From assembly GCF_964213995.1 (NCBI RefSeq), contig NW_027590593.1:62001-126000 (forward strand): a DNA stretch of 64,000 bases, read 5' to 3'. Every line of letters begins with the position of its first letter. Position 1 is the first letter of the stretch. Both the position numbers and the translations under genes were made by a program. Under the pieces are notes generated by a model. That model made no database searches. It was not told the origin of the DNA and saw only the letters and a list, made by a program, of their open reading frames with translations. This document shows, piece by piece, positions 11,780 to 24,360 of the stretch. Source of the stretch: Mustelus asterias. Its lineage: Eukaryota.

Positions 11780-11850
11780 TCCCGCCCCGCCTCTCTCTCT
11801 CTCTCTCTCTCGCTTTCTCAGTCAGGTCGGGGCGAGCTGTATAATAAAGG
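11780..11850 (+). promoter_or_regulatory. Histone H4 promoter
   Basis: CCCGCCCC GC box, (CT)n tract, site-II-like TTTCTCAGTCAGGTCGG, TATAATA 11840-11846. Confidence 0.6.
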
Positions 11851-11893
11851 AAGCTGCAGCAGCTCCTCTCTCATTCAGCAGCGATTTGACTGA

Positions 11894-12214
<321 letters not shown>

Positions 12215-12247
12215 ACAAATCCACCCAATTCTCACACAAAACTCAAA

Positions 12248-12263
12248 GGCTCTTTTCAGGGCC
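12248..12263 (+). terminator. Histone 3' stem-loop (H4)
   Basis: GGCTCT-TTTC-AGGGCC (one U-G pair), followed by GCCCA. Confidence 0.88.
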
Positions 12264-12410
12264 GCCCAAATCCTCACATTGAGAGCCCTGACCTCAATAC
12301 AGCAGCGGGCTGTTTCTCCATCTCGAATTTCATGCAGCTTTATCATCTCTTTAGGAATCGGACCATTCTGCATTATGCCTGTGACAATCCTGTTACACAA
12401 CAAACTAGAC

Positions 12411-13020
12411 TTTTAACAACACCAGGTTAAAGTCCAACAGGTTTATTTGGGAGCAAATACCATTAGCTTTTGGAGCGCTGCTCCTTCGTCAGATGGAGTG
12501 GAAATGTGCTCTCAAACAGGGCACAGAGACACAAAATCAAGTTACAGAATACTGATTAGAATGCGAATCTCGACAGCCAACCAGGTCTTAAAGATACAGA
12601 CAATGTGAGTGGAGGGAGCATTAAGCACAGGTTAAAGAGATGTGTATTGTCTCCAGACAGGAGAGCCCGCAAGTCCAGGAGGCAAGCTGTGGGGGTTACT
12701 TATAATGTGACATAAATCCAACATCCCGGTTTAGGCTGCCCTCATGTGTGTGGAACTTGGCTATCAGTTTCTGCTCAGCAACTGCGCTGTCGTGTGTTGT
12801 GAAGGCCGCCTTGGAGAACGCTTACCCGAAGATAAGAGGCTGAATGCCCGTGACTGCTGAACTGCTCCCCCACAGGAATATGTCATATTATCAGTAACCC
12901 TGAAGATCAGAACAGAATTCCCACTCACCTGAAGAAGGAGCTGAAGGCTCCGAAAGCTTGTGGCTTTTGCTACCAAATAAACTTGTTGGACTTTAACCTG
13001 GTGTTGTTAAACTTCTTACT
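12411..13020 (-). mobile_element. Penelope-like element fragment with inverted terminal repeats
   Basis: About 12700-12878 is the reverse complement of the GIY-YIG C-terminal region at about 13882-14064; ends 12411-12500 and 12910-13020 are inverted pseudo-LTR copies. Confidence 0.85.
12926..12962 (+). ncRNA. Minimal hammerhead ribozyme motif
   Basis: CAC-CTGAAGA-A-GGAGC(TGAAG)GCTCC-GAAA-GCTT-GTG. Confidence 0.7.
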
Positions 13021-13361
13021 CGGATAGAAAGACACAGTGGCTTTGAGATAGCAAAATAGTGAACAGAATGTGTCAGATTGGAAAACTTGCTGCAATTTCC
13101 TGTTAATCATTTATTACCATTAACATGTGTGGATATTTTAAGCTGATGTATCTTTTTATTCCATTCCTTCAGTCGGTCTGCTGCGATTTCAGTCCCTTCG
13201 ACCGTCGAAAGCTGTTTTTTAATCACTCCTTGAATCTACTGAATCCCTGCAGTGCAGAAAGAGATGATGTGGAGATGCCGGCGTTTTACTGGGGTAAACA
13301 CAGTAAGAAGTTTAACAACACCAGGTTAAAGTCCAACAGGTTTATTTGGGAGCAAAAGCCA

Positions 13362-13397
13362 CACAAGCTTTCGGAGCTCCAACCCCTTCTTCAGGTG
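13362..13397 (-). ncRNA. Minimal hammerhead ribozyme motif
   Basis: Minus strand CAC-CTGAAGA-A-GGGGTTGGAGCTCC-GAAA-GCTT-GTG. Confidence 0.62.
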
Positions 13398-14274
13398 AGT
13401 GGGAATTCTGTTCACAAACAGGGCATATAAAGACACAGACTCAATTTACATGAATAATGGTTGGAATGCGAATACTTACAGCTAATCAAGTCTTTAAGAT
13501 ACAAACAACGTACGTGGAGTGAGCCAAGGCCATCCCCACATCCCCACTTCTTGCCTTCAAACAACCGCACAACCTCAAACAGACCATTGTCCACAGCAAA
13601 CTACCCAGCCTTCAGGAGAACAGTGACCACGACACTACACAACCCTGCCACAGCAACCTCTGCAAGACGTGCCGGATCATTGACACAGATGCCATCATCT
13701 CACGTGAGAACACCATCCACCAGGTACACGGTACATACTCTTGCAACTCGGCCAACGTTGTCTACCTGATACGCTGCAAGAAAGGATGTCCCGAGGCATG
13801 GTACATTGGGGAAACCATGCAGACGCTGCGACAACGGATGAATGAACACCGCTTGACAATCACCAGGCAAGACTGTTCTCTTCCTGTTGGGGAGCACTTC
13901 AGCGGTCACGGGCATTCGGCCTCTGAGATTCGGGTAAGCGTTCTCCAAGGCAGCCTTCGCGACACACGACGGCGCAGAGTCGCTGAGCAGAAACTGACAG
14001 CCAAGTTCCACACACGCGAGGACAGCCTCAACCGGGATCTTGGGTTCATGTCACACTATTTGTAACCCCCACAGCGTGCCTGGACCTGCAGAGTTTCATT
14101 GGCTGTCTTGCCTGGAGACAATACACATCTTTTTAGCCTGTCTTGATGCTCTCTCCACTCACGTTGTTCGTATCTTAAAGACTTGATTAGCTGTAAGTAT
14201 TCACATTCCAAACATTATTCATGTAAGTTGAGTCTGTGTCTATATATGCCCTGTTTGTGAACAGAATTCCCACT

Positions 14275-14311
14275 CACCTGAAGAAGGGGCTTGGAGCTCC
14301 GAAAGCTTGTG
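14275..14311 (+). ncRNA. Minimal hammerhead ribozyme motif
   Basis: CAC-CTGAAGA-A-GGGGC(TTGGA)GCTCC-GAAA-GCTT-GTG. Confidence 0.7.
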
Positions 14312-14577
14312 GCTTTTGCTACCAAATAAACCTGTTGAACTTTAACCTGGTGTTATTAAACTTCTTACTGTGCAGAAAGAAGCCATCCTTCATGGTGAAG
14401 TGTGTGTGTGACTCTGTGTTTTGCGCCTATCACTGGGAGTTTGCTCCCAGCCTGTTCTGGCTCGATCACGGAATGAATCTGAATGTGTTCCTGGTGCGAA
14501 GGCAGTGAGGAAAAGTTTGCAGTGAAATTGGCGGTCTTTTTGGCGGTGAATTTTGAAAATCAGGCGCCATCCGAGCT

Positions 14578-15141
<564 letters not shown>

Positions 15142-15188
15142 ACTGCCCGGACCCACTATTGGCCTTTGAAATCCAAAAATAAACAAAA

Positions 15189-15227
15189 GGCTCTTTTCAG
15201 AGCCACCAAATCCATCAAAAGGAGCAG
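15189..15227 (+). terminator. Histone 3' stem-loop and downstream element (H3)
   Basis: GGCTCT-TTTC-AGAGCC then ACCA, followed by AAAAGGAGCAG. Confidence 0.93.
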
Positions 15228-15329
15228 TAATTGGCATGTTGTGCGTCTTCGGTTCAAGTGTACCTGGCATTTGCTAACTCCCAATCCGATTTTGCAGCTG
15301 TTGAATCCGAATAAGCCATTTTTACGTGA

Positions 15330-15655
15330 TTAATACGACAAGTGTGGGTATTTGGGCCTCGTTCTGCTGCCCGTCCAGCGATCTAGAAATGATTCCCGAT
15401 TCCCAAACCGCATGCAGGGGAAGGGCCTCTGTTTCTGCTGTGATATGGTTTCATTCATGGGCTGTGGGTTTCTCTGCGTTTCCGTTGTCCCAGATTGCAT
15501 GTCGGTTTGAAATTCATTTGGGTAAAGATAGTAGCTTCCCAAAAGGTATTTCGTTTTCTTAACCCATTCCATCGTCTGCGTGGTGGGATTCGAACCTTTG
15601 TGTTCTCCGGAGAATTATCATGGGTCTCTGTATTGCGCTCCGCTACTGCCTCCCT
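15330..15655 (-). mobile_element. Old tRNA-derived SINE remnant (possibly DeuSINE-like)
   Basis: B box GGTTCGAATCC on minus at 15586-15596 after a GGGAGGCAGTAGCG head; no cloverleaf; family assignment from memory only. Confidence 0.4.
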
Positions 15656-16042
15656 CTTCCACTCCAGTTACGGAGTTCACGTAATAAAAGATACCCTTCG
15701 AATATTGTCTGTGCGCGGCCACCCAGCACCTATACTTTCTAAACCGATTTTCCAACAATTAGCCTTGCTGGCTTGTTTGACTGTCATTCGTTTGGAGGTT
15801 GCGTATAAAATCTTGCTGTGCAGGTTCAAGCCATTCGGCTATTCGAGTCCGCAACGACAAAAGTTGTGCGAATTAGGAAGATTGCCCATTCGAAATTGCC
15901 CCTTGTCCGAGGAATTGGCAGGGTTCATACATGGGGTAATGGGGATCGGGGATCGATGAGCAGAATGGCCTCCTGCACTGCAGGGAGGAATCCCTGATCG
16001 AACATCTGCTCCATAATTCCACGTATTTACCCCGCTATTCCT

Positions 16043-16314
16043 CTACACATCTTGGATATTAGGCAGCACCCCGCCCTGAGCGATGGTCACCTCTCCCAGC
16101 AGCATGTTGTATCCTCGTCGTTGCGCACGGCCAGCTGGAGGTGTCTGGGGATGATGCGGCTCTTCTCCCGGGCCGCGTTGCCGGCCAGCTCCAGGATTTC
16201 AGCCGTCAGATACTCGAGCACTGCAGCCAAGTAGACCGGGGCTCCGGCACCCACACGCTCCGCATAGTTGTCCTTTTTCAGGAGCCTGTGAACACGGCCC
16301 ACCGGGAACAGCAG
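16043..16314 (-). pseudogene. H2A: Histone H2A pseudogene fragment
   Basis: [10 protein letters not shown]...[15 protein letters not shown] core present; N-terminal tail absent, 2-codon deletion at DNKK, 1-bp frameshift near 16110, TAG after GGVLPNIQDV, no stem-loop. Confidence 0.92.
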
Positions 16315-17027
16315 TATTTCTAAAAGAAAATTCACATCCAAAATAAAGGCGGCAACCTTGCGGAATCTAAACTTTTAAAGTAAACCGTCGATGTATTTGT
16401 AAGTTAAGGAACAAGTTACAAATGGAAATTAGTCCGTAGTTAAAATATTGAATGAACAAGATTTACACGGTCGTCCTACCTCTTTCGAATGGTCTAAATT
16501 TAGTCACAAATTCCAAGTTCATTTTTACAATCCGGAGTATGATCAAGATGAATCTGGCAATTGTTTAAACCTGTCTGACCAGGAGCCAGAATGTCTCATT
16601 CACCGCCCCCTGCAAATAGTCTAATGTATCCATTTTGTAATAGGCTACAAATTCAGTGTCAAAAGCGGAGTTTTCACTTTTGGTGCCAGCTTGCCAATAT
16701 GGAGACTGACGTTTCGACACCAGTAAGGTTGATGTTTAGCAAACTGAATGAGAGCATTCTTTAACTCAAAGAAACGGACGCATTTCCGATTTATTCGCTC
16801 TCTGTGCAAACCCAGCGACAAGGGCGGATATCAGAGCGCAGCCAGGGTCACCGAGCAGCCACTAAATGTAGCGACTTTACGAACAAAACACGAAGATCCA
16901 CGGGACTCATTCTGCATCACTCAATCCTCTGAAACACATCAGAAAATAAAGTTCAAAGTACATTATTATTGACGATAAAACATCAATTACTAAAAGTGGG
17001 CTTAGCTACTTCATAGAAGTTGTGGGT

Positions 17028-17043
17028 GGCTCTTAAAAGAGCC
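17028..17043 (-). terminator. Histone 3' stem-loop (H2B)
   Basis: Minus strand GGCTCT-TTTA-AGAGCC then ACCCA. Confidence 0.93.
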
Positions 17044-17075
17044 GTTGTGTATATTTTTCAGTGCATTGTGTAGTT

Positions 17076-17456
17076 TTACTTGGAGCTGGTGTACTTGGTC
17101 ACCGCCTTTGTCCCCTCCGACACGGCGTGTTTGGCCAGTTCCCCGGGCAGCAGCAGGCGCACGGCGGTCTGGATCTCCCGGGAGCTGATGGTGCTGCGCT
17201 TGTTGTAATGGGCCAGGCGGGAAGCTTCACCCGCGATGCGCTCGAAGATGTCGTTAACGAACGAGTTCATGATGCTCATGGCCTTGGAGGAGATGCCGGT
17301 GTCGGGGTGAACCTGCTTCATCACTTTGTAGATGTAGATGCCGTAACTCTCCCTCCTGGACCTCCTCTTCTTCTTGCCACTCTTGGTTGTCGGTTTCTTC
17401 AGGGCTTTCTTGCCGCCCTTCTTGGAAATTTGCTGCTGCTTCTTATCCTCACCCAT
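17076..17456 (-). CDS. H2B: Histone H2B (126 aa) with a non-canonical N-terminal tail
   Basis: ATG at 17456 (the track start at 17468 is TTG); [14 protein letters not shown]...AVTKYTSSK core. Confidence 0.97.
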   Translation of the reverse strand: MGEDKKQQQISKKGGKKALKKPTTKSGKKKRRSRRESYGIYIYKVMKQVHPDTGISSKAMSIMNSFVNDIFERIAGEASRLAHYNKRSTISSREIQTAVRLLLPGELAKHAVSEGTKAVTKYTSSK

Positions 17457-17508
17457 TCTCGCCTTCAATTTCAGAAAAGCAATAACTGGAGCGGGCCCCA
17501 GAACTCAG

Positions 17509-17640
17509 TATTTATCGACTCAGACGCGGCCCAATGCAAATGAAGGATTGGGGAGGACAACTTTCCCCATTGGCTGATTCACAATGATGTCAAATCGCAA
17601 TGTTCTATCTGTCACTGATTGGTTACTTTCGATAGCCAAT
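17509..17640 (-). promoter_or_regulatory. H2B promoter with octamer and CCAAT boxes in both orientations
   Basis: ATAAATA (minus) 17509-17515, octamer ATGCAAAT 17534-17541, ATTGG at 17547, 17569 and 17618, CRE-like TGATGTCA at 17585, CCAAT 17636-17640. Confidence 0.85.
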
Positions 17641-18769
17641 CAGATTCACTGCTCGTCACAGCCACAATGTCAGAATGACAGAGGTTTGGCAGTGCAGTGG
17701 GCCATTCGACTCATCCTGTCTATACTGTCTCCGGATTTGCAACTCACTCAGTCCCCGTTCTCCTGCCTTCCCTTAGGAACATTGCACAATCTTTCTCTTC
17801 ACAGAACAGCTTATTCCAAATGTGAACTCTTTCTTTGAACCAGCCTCCATAATACTCTCGAGCGGGGCATTGCAGTCTGTAACCATCCCCTGCATCAAAA
17901 GATTTTTTCTTTCACATTGACAAGCAGTCATTTCGGTTCCGTGTTCCCACCTGCCTGATTATGTCATGCGGGGTGTAATTTCTCCAAATGAACTCAGCCC
18001 ATGCCCCTCAGGGGTTTGAGAGCCTCTATCTAATCTCCTCTCCGCTGTCACTTCTCCAAGGAAGTTTGGACTTGTCCATTTTATGCATCACAGAATCCCT
18101 TTTTTTAAACCCCATTCTTAAAGTTACAAAGCCAATACTGAGAGTGGACAGGACGGAATCATATCCATTCCTTGTGTGATGACACTGCACTACCAGTATG
18201 TTTTATGTTTAAGAGGGAGTGCTTTAACATTCAGTGTTTTGCTACGAATATTCGGCTTGTGTGAAAGAAATACAACAGATGCTGGAAAGCAGGATAAGTA
18301 TTCCTTTTCATCATGTAAGGCTTTATTTAGCAGGAGACTGAATGAGTTTGTTTACCAAAAGAGATGACCTTTTTTGGGCTTTGTTAATAGGGGCAGAGAG
18401 TAAAAGAACAATGGAGCTTTGTTCAATTTGCACAAGTCACCTGTATGCCTCAGCAGGAATGTAGGGTCCTGTTCGGTGCACCCGACATTAGAAAGGATGT
18501 GAAGACCTTGGAGGGATTGTGTTACAGGGTCATATAGTCATGTGATACGAGAAAAGGAAGGAGTTAGGTTTGTGCCTGAGAAAAATAGCTGTCTGAGTTC
18601 AGTTGCTGGAAAGGCCTGATAAAGTTAACAGCCTCCAAGCAACTCTCTCTTTACATAATCTCTCTGGAACCTTCAAAGCTGTGAACAAAGGTTAAGCAAG
18701 TTTGCATGGACGTCCAAACTATTTTAAGCAGGTTTTAAGTCTACAGCAAAAATAACCAGCACGTCTTTC

Positions 18770-18925
18770 AGACTGTGGGAGGAACCTGGAGCACCCGGAG
18801 GAAAACCACGCAGACACAGGGAGAACGTGCAGACTCCGCACAGACAGTCACCCAAGCCGGGAATTGAACACAGGTTCCTGGCACTGTGAGGCAGCAGTGC
18901 GAATCACTATGCCACCGTGTCGCTA
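18770..18925 (-). mobile_element. HE1/V-SINE-like SINE, 5' half
   Basis: GACTGTGGGAGGAACCTGGAGCACCCGGAGGAAAACCACGCAGACAC on + followed by the tRNA-like head. Confidence 0.78.
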
Positions 18926-19018
18926 CATCTTGAAGTTGTGCCCCGTACACCCAGTGTTGGTCATTATTATATACACATTATATATATTTCAAACAAACAA
19001 TAACACGGGTCCCTTATA

Positions 19019-19625
19019 AACATAGAAAATAGAAGCAGGAGCAGGCCTGTTGGCTCTTCGAGCCTACTCTGCCATTCATTATGATCATCAAATTCAACAT
19101 CATGAACCCACCTTTGCCCCCATATCCCTTGATCTATTTAGCCTGTAGAGCTATATCTATATCTTCTTGAAACCATACAATGTCTTGGCCTCAACTACTG
19201 CCTGTGGGAGTGCATTCCACACCTTTGCACTCTCTGGGTGAAGAAATTTCTCCTCAACTCAGTTCTAAAAGGCTTCCCCCTTAATCGTACACCGTGATCA
19301 CTAATTCTGGACACCCACACCATTGGGTACATTCTCTCTGAATCTACCCTGTCTAATTCTGTGAAAATGTTATAAGCTTCTATGAGATCCCCTCTCACCC
19401 TTCTGAACTCTGGTGATAGAATCCTAACAAACTTAATCACTCCTCATATGTCAGACCTGCTTTCACAGGAATCAGCCTGGTAAACCTTCGCTGTAGTCCC
19501 ACTACAGCAAAGAACTTCCTCCATCAGATAAGGACATCAAAACTGCACACAACATTTCAGGTGTGGCCTCACCAACCTATACAATTGCAGTAAAACATCC
19601 CGATTCCTACACTCAAATCCTCTTT
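19019..19625 (-). mobile_element. Older CR1 3' fragment
   Basis: ORF 19195..19440 has RGDLIEAY...RRNFFTQRV; microsatellite-like tail near 19020. Confidence 0.8.
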
Positions 19626-19695
19626 CTATCAAAAAAAAGTACAGAACAGGAACAGCTCCAAGTCTGTGCCAATCATGATGCCCAAACTAAGCTTA

Positions 19696-19775
19696 AAATA
19701 AACCTGTTGGACTTTAACCTGGTGTTGTGAGAATTCTAACTGTGACCACCCCAGTCCAACACCGGCATCTCCACA
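19696..19775 (+). mobile_element. Penelope-like terminal fragment
   Basis: AAATAAACCTGTTGGACTTTAACCTGGTGTTG...GGCATCTCCACA shared with 9521-9589 and 14324-14372. Confidence 0.75.
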
Positions 19776-20865
19776 ACATAGAGGATCATGGACAGTTGGT
19801 ACATGGAAATCACACCACATGCAAGTTCACCTCCAATTCAAAGACCACTATGACTTGAAATTATATCAATCACCATTCCTTCATTGTTATTGGAGTAAAA
19901 TATTCACTCTTCCCACCTATCTCGAACATGGCTGTACCTTTCGCAGACAGCATGGTGCAAGGAGGTGGTTCTAAGATGACTAGTGCAGAACAAATTGCTC
20001 ACCTTTCTCTGTTCAAAGAACAAATATAATCAGTCTGGTAAGTGATCTGTATGTGAAATACATTTGATCTGCATCTGTTCATCACTGGTTCATAAGTCAT
20101 TCTATATATGTGGTTGTGGGATGAATTTTCATCATTCTTTGAGTTCGTTTGTGAGGTTTTATCTCCTTCAATATCGGCTACTTTCTTTTCTGTCATTTTC
20201 TGGTATGTGTGCATGAATACAATTCAATATTAGATTGTCGCTGGGATGACTGCAACTAAAGGATTCACGCTGTATGTTCTAGCTCCTTGAGATGCACATG
20301 AATGAATGTGTTCTGTATCTGTCACACTCATTTATGTTTTTGTGATTGTATGATTTATTCTCTATCTGTCAGTTTGGTACTTTGTGCACATATAGGATTC
20401 ACTCTGCAGCACTCAGTCTCCAATCACAATGTACGAGAGATCAAGTTTTTTTCAGTCTCTTATCCTATGTGAATGTTGTTATCAATCTGTACCTTTCTGT
20501 AATTGTGATCTTCAGTCCTTGGGACACTGTCAGTGTGGCTCTCTATTTTTATCACTTCAACTTAAGGGTGTGAGTGTCATCTATTGCAGCTGTGTTGTTA
20601 TGTCCTAATTCTGCAAATGCTAGGCCCTCCTTTGGAATGGGAGTGTGGTTTATATTCACTATCTTGTCCTGTACACCAGTATGGCCTATTTTCTCTTCCT
20701 GCCATTCTCTGTTAATAAATCTGAAAGCTAGTTTACTTCTGTACCTGTCAATCCGTGTGCTGTATGTGAAAGGTCTGTACATTATGTACAGTTTTCTCTA
20801 TGATACAGTGTCTGAGATTGAGATGAATTAAGTACTTGTCAGCCCATGGAATCAAATACAATGTT

Positions 20866-23800
20866 AGAACATAGAACAGTACAGCACAGAACAGGCCCTT
20901 CGGCCCACGATGTTGTGCCGAGCTTTATCTGAAACCAAGATCAAGCTATCCCACTCCCTATCATCCTGGTGTGCTCCATGTGCCGATCCAATAACCACTT
21001 AAATGTTCCTAAAGTGTCTGACTCCACTATCACTGCAGGCAGTCCATTCCACACCCCAACCACTCTCTGCGTAAAGAACCTACCTCTGATATCCTTCCTA
21101 TATCTCCCACCACGAACCCTATAGTTATGCCCCCTTGTAATAGCTCCATCCACCCGAGGAAATAGTCCTTGAACGTTCACTCTATCTATCCCCTTCATCA
21201 TTTTATAAACCTCTATTAAGTCTCCCCTCAGCCTCCTCCGCTCCAGAGAGAACAGCCCTCGCTCCCTCAACCTTTCCTCATAAGACCTACCCTCCAAACC
21301 AGGCAGCATCCTGGTAAATCTCCTCTGCACTCTTTCCAGCGCTTCCACATCCTTCTTATAGTGAGGTGACCAGAACTGCACACAATATTCCAAATGTGGT
21401 CTCACCAAGGTCCTGTACAGTTGCAGCATAACCCCACGGCTCTTAGACTCCAACCCCCTGTTAATAAAAGCTAACACACTATAGGCCTTCTTCACAGCTC
21501 TATCCACTTGGAGTGGCAACCTTTAGAGATCTGTGGATATGGACCCCAAGGTCTCTCTGTTCCTCCACAGTCTTCAGAACCCTACCTTTGACACTGTAAT
21601 CCACATTTAAATTAGTCCTACCAAAATGAATCACCTCACATTTATCAGGGTTAAACTCCATTTGCCATTTTTCAGCCCAGCTTTGCATCCTAACTATGTC
21701 TTTGCAGCCTACAACAGCCCTCCACCTCATCCACTACTCCGCCAATCTTGGTGTCATCAGCAAATTTACTGATCCAGCATTCGGCCCCTTCCTCTAAGTC
21801 ATTAATAAAAATCACAAAGAGCCGAGGATCAAGCACTGATCCCTGTGGCACTCCGCTAGCAACCTGCCTCCAATCCAAAAATTTTCCATCCACCACCACC
21901 CTCTGTCTTCGATCAGACAGCCAGTTTCCTATCCAATCGGCCAACTTTCCCTCTATCCAACACCTTGTTTCATCATCGGGGACCTTATCAAATGCCTTAC
22001 TAAAATCCATGTATATGACATCAACTGCCCTACCTTCATCAACACACTTAGTTACCTCCTCAAAAAATTCTATCAAATTTGTGAGGCATGACTTGCCCTT
22101 CACGAATCCATGCTGACTATCCCGGATTAATCCGCATCTTTCTAAATGGTCGTAAATCCCATCCCTAAGGACCTTTTCCATCAATTTACCAACCACCGAA
22201 GTCAGACTAACCGGTCTATAATTACCAGGGTCATTTCTATTCCCTTTCTTAAACAGAGGGACAACATTCACCATTCTCCAGTCCTCTGGCACTATCCCCG
22301 TGGACAGCGCGGACCCAAAGATCAAAGCCAAAGGCTCTGCAGTCTCATCCCTTGCCTCCCAAAGAATCCTCGGATACATTTCATCAGGCCCAGGGGACTT
22401 ATCGACCTTCAGTTTATTCAAAACTGCCAGGACATCCTCCCTCCGAACATCTATTTCCTCCAGCCTATTAACCTGTAACACCTTCTCTTCCTCATAAACA
22501 TGGCCCCTCTCCTTGGTGAACACTGAAGCAAAGTATTCATTCATCACCTCGCCTATCTCTACTGACTCCATACACAAGTACCCACTACTGTCCTTGACCG
22601 GCCCTAACCTCACCCTGGTCATTCTTTTATTCCTCACATAAGAATAAAAAGCCTTGGGGTTTCCCTTGATCCGACCCGCCAAGGACTTCTCATGTCCCCT
22701 CCTAGCTCTCCTAAGCCCCTTTTTCAGCTCAATCCTTGCTAACTTGTAACCCTCAATCAAGCCATCTGAACCCTGTTTCCTCATCCCTACATAAGCTTCC
22801 CTCTTCCTTTTCACAAGACATTCCACCTCTTTCGTGAACCATGATTCCCTCACTCGGCCATTTCCTCCCTGCCTGACAGGGACATACCTATCAAGGACAC
22901 CCAGTATTTGTTCCTTGAAAAAGTTCCACTTTTCATTAGTGCCTTTCCCTGACAGTTTCTGTTCCCAACCTATGCCCCCTAATTCTTGCCTAATCGCATC
23001 ATAATTACCTCTCCCCCAATTGTAAACCTTGCCCTGCCGCACGGCCCTATCCCTCTCCATTGCAATAACAAAAGACACCGAATCGTGGTCACTATCTCCA
23101 AAGTGCTCTCCCACAACCAAATCTAACACTTGGCCCGGTTCATTTCCCAGTACCAAATCCAATGTGGCCTCACCTCTTGTCGGCCTATCCACATATTGTG
23201 TCAGGAAACCCTCCTGCACACACTGCACAAAATCTGCCCCATCTGAACTATTTGACCTACAAAGGTTCCAATCAATATTTGGAAAGTTAAAGTCCCCCAT
23301 GACAACTACCCTGTGACCCCCACACATATCCATAATCTGCTTAGCAATTTCTTCCTCCACATCTCTATTACTATTTGGAGGCCTATAGTAAACTCCTAAC
23401 AACGTGACCGTTCCTTTCCTATTTCTAACCTCAGTCCATATTACCTCAGTGTGCAGATCCCCCTCGAAGTGCCTTTCCACTGCCGTTAAACTATCCTTGA
23501 TTTACAATGCCACTCCTCCACCTCTTTTACCAGCTTCGCTACACTTACTGAAACATCTATACCCCGGAACATCCAACAACCATTCCTGTCCTTGTTCTAC
23601 CCACGTCTCCGTAATGGCCACAACATCGTAGTCCCAAGTACCAATCCACGCCCCAAGTTCATCTACCTTGTTCCGGATGCTCCTTGCATTGAAGTAGACA
23701 CACTTCAACCCACCTTCCTGTCTACCGGTACCCACCCTTGACCCTGATACCTTCCCCAATACCTCACCACCCTCACTGACTTCTGGACTACAACTCCTTT

Positions 23801-23927
23801 TCCCACTCCCCTGACAAATTAGTTTAAACCCCCCTGAAGAGCCGTATCAAATTTCCCTCCTAGGATATTGGTGCCCCTCTGGTTCAGGAGCACCCCGTCC
23901 TGTTTGTACAGGTCCCACCTTCCCCAG
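20866..23927 (-). mobile_element. CR1 LINE (3.06 kb): ORF1 C-terminal end plus disrupted ORF2 (APE endonuclease and RT)
   Basis: FNARS...VAITETW, GDFN, SDH, KSPGPD, DFSKAFD, FADD; AATGTT target duplication at 20860-20865 and 23928-23933; empty site near 1000-1005. Confidence 0.96.
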
Positions 23928-24360
23928 AATGTTGTGATCTATTATGCGTTGAAGTCTCCAACATTACAGGTGAAAGTTACATTGTGAAACTTTCAGTGCC
24001 TGGAAGTGAGTGTGAGTTTAGTTCTACATTAGTTCCACATTCATCAGTCATTACCCAGGTGCATGTGTGCCTGATTCATATATGTCTGCTACTGTATATA
24101 AATATTATTTACATTCTGGATCTCTCAGACATGGTACTGTGTATGAAAGCAGGAATAATCCTACACGGTTACTTTGTATTTCTCTATTGTGTCCATTACA
24201 GATTCATTTGGCTTCAATATTTCCTGTGTAAATGAGAGCCTTTGCGTTTCATTTGTCCTTTCTTTCAGCTTTCCCTGAAGTGCAAAATAGTCTGTAATTA
24301 TATTTTCCCATTTACTATGGATCTAATGATCTGGTCGCATCGCTGTGCTTTGTGAGTCAC

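Larger units (their letters stand above)
13266..14372 (+). mobile_element. Penelope-like retroelement 3' part (GIY-YIG endonuclease) with about 210-bp inverted pseudo-LTRs
   Basis: The frame of ORF 13817..14065 extends upstream as PCHSNLCKTC...NVVYLIRC...WYIGETMQTLRQRMNEH; 13299-13511 is an inverted copy of 14161-14372. Confidence 0.9.

Noticed and set aside
15580-15600. tRNA gene suggested by a perfect B box; the SINE heads at 3981 and 26806 were also considered
   Set aside because: No cloverleaf can be drawn and the contexts match tRNA-derived SINEs
16087-16341. Novel short H2A variant
   Set aside because: Frameshift, internal deletion, missing N-terminal tail and no stem-loop indicate a pseudogene
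18520-18770. Possible second LTR starting TGTTAC
   Set aside because: No matching CA terminus or target duplication could be identified
21690-23480. Intact active LINE ORF2 or domesticated RT gene
   Set aside because: Stop near 23502, deletion after AFDKVP, altered PQGSVLDPRL motif and frameshifts near 21700 and 21510
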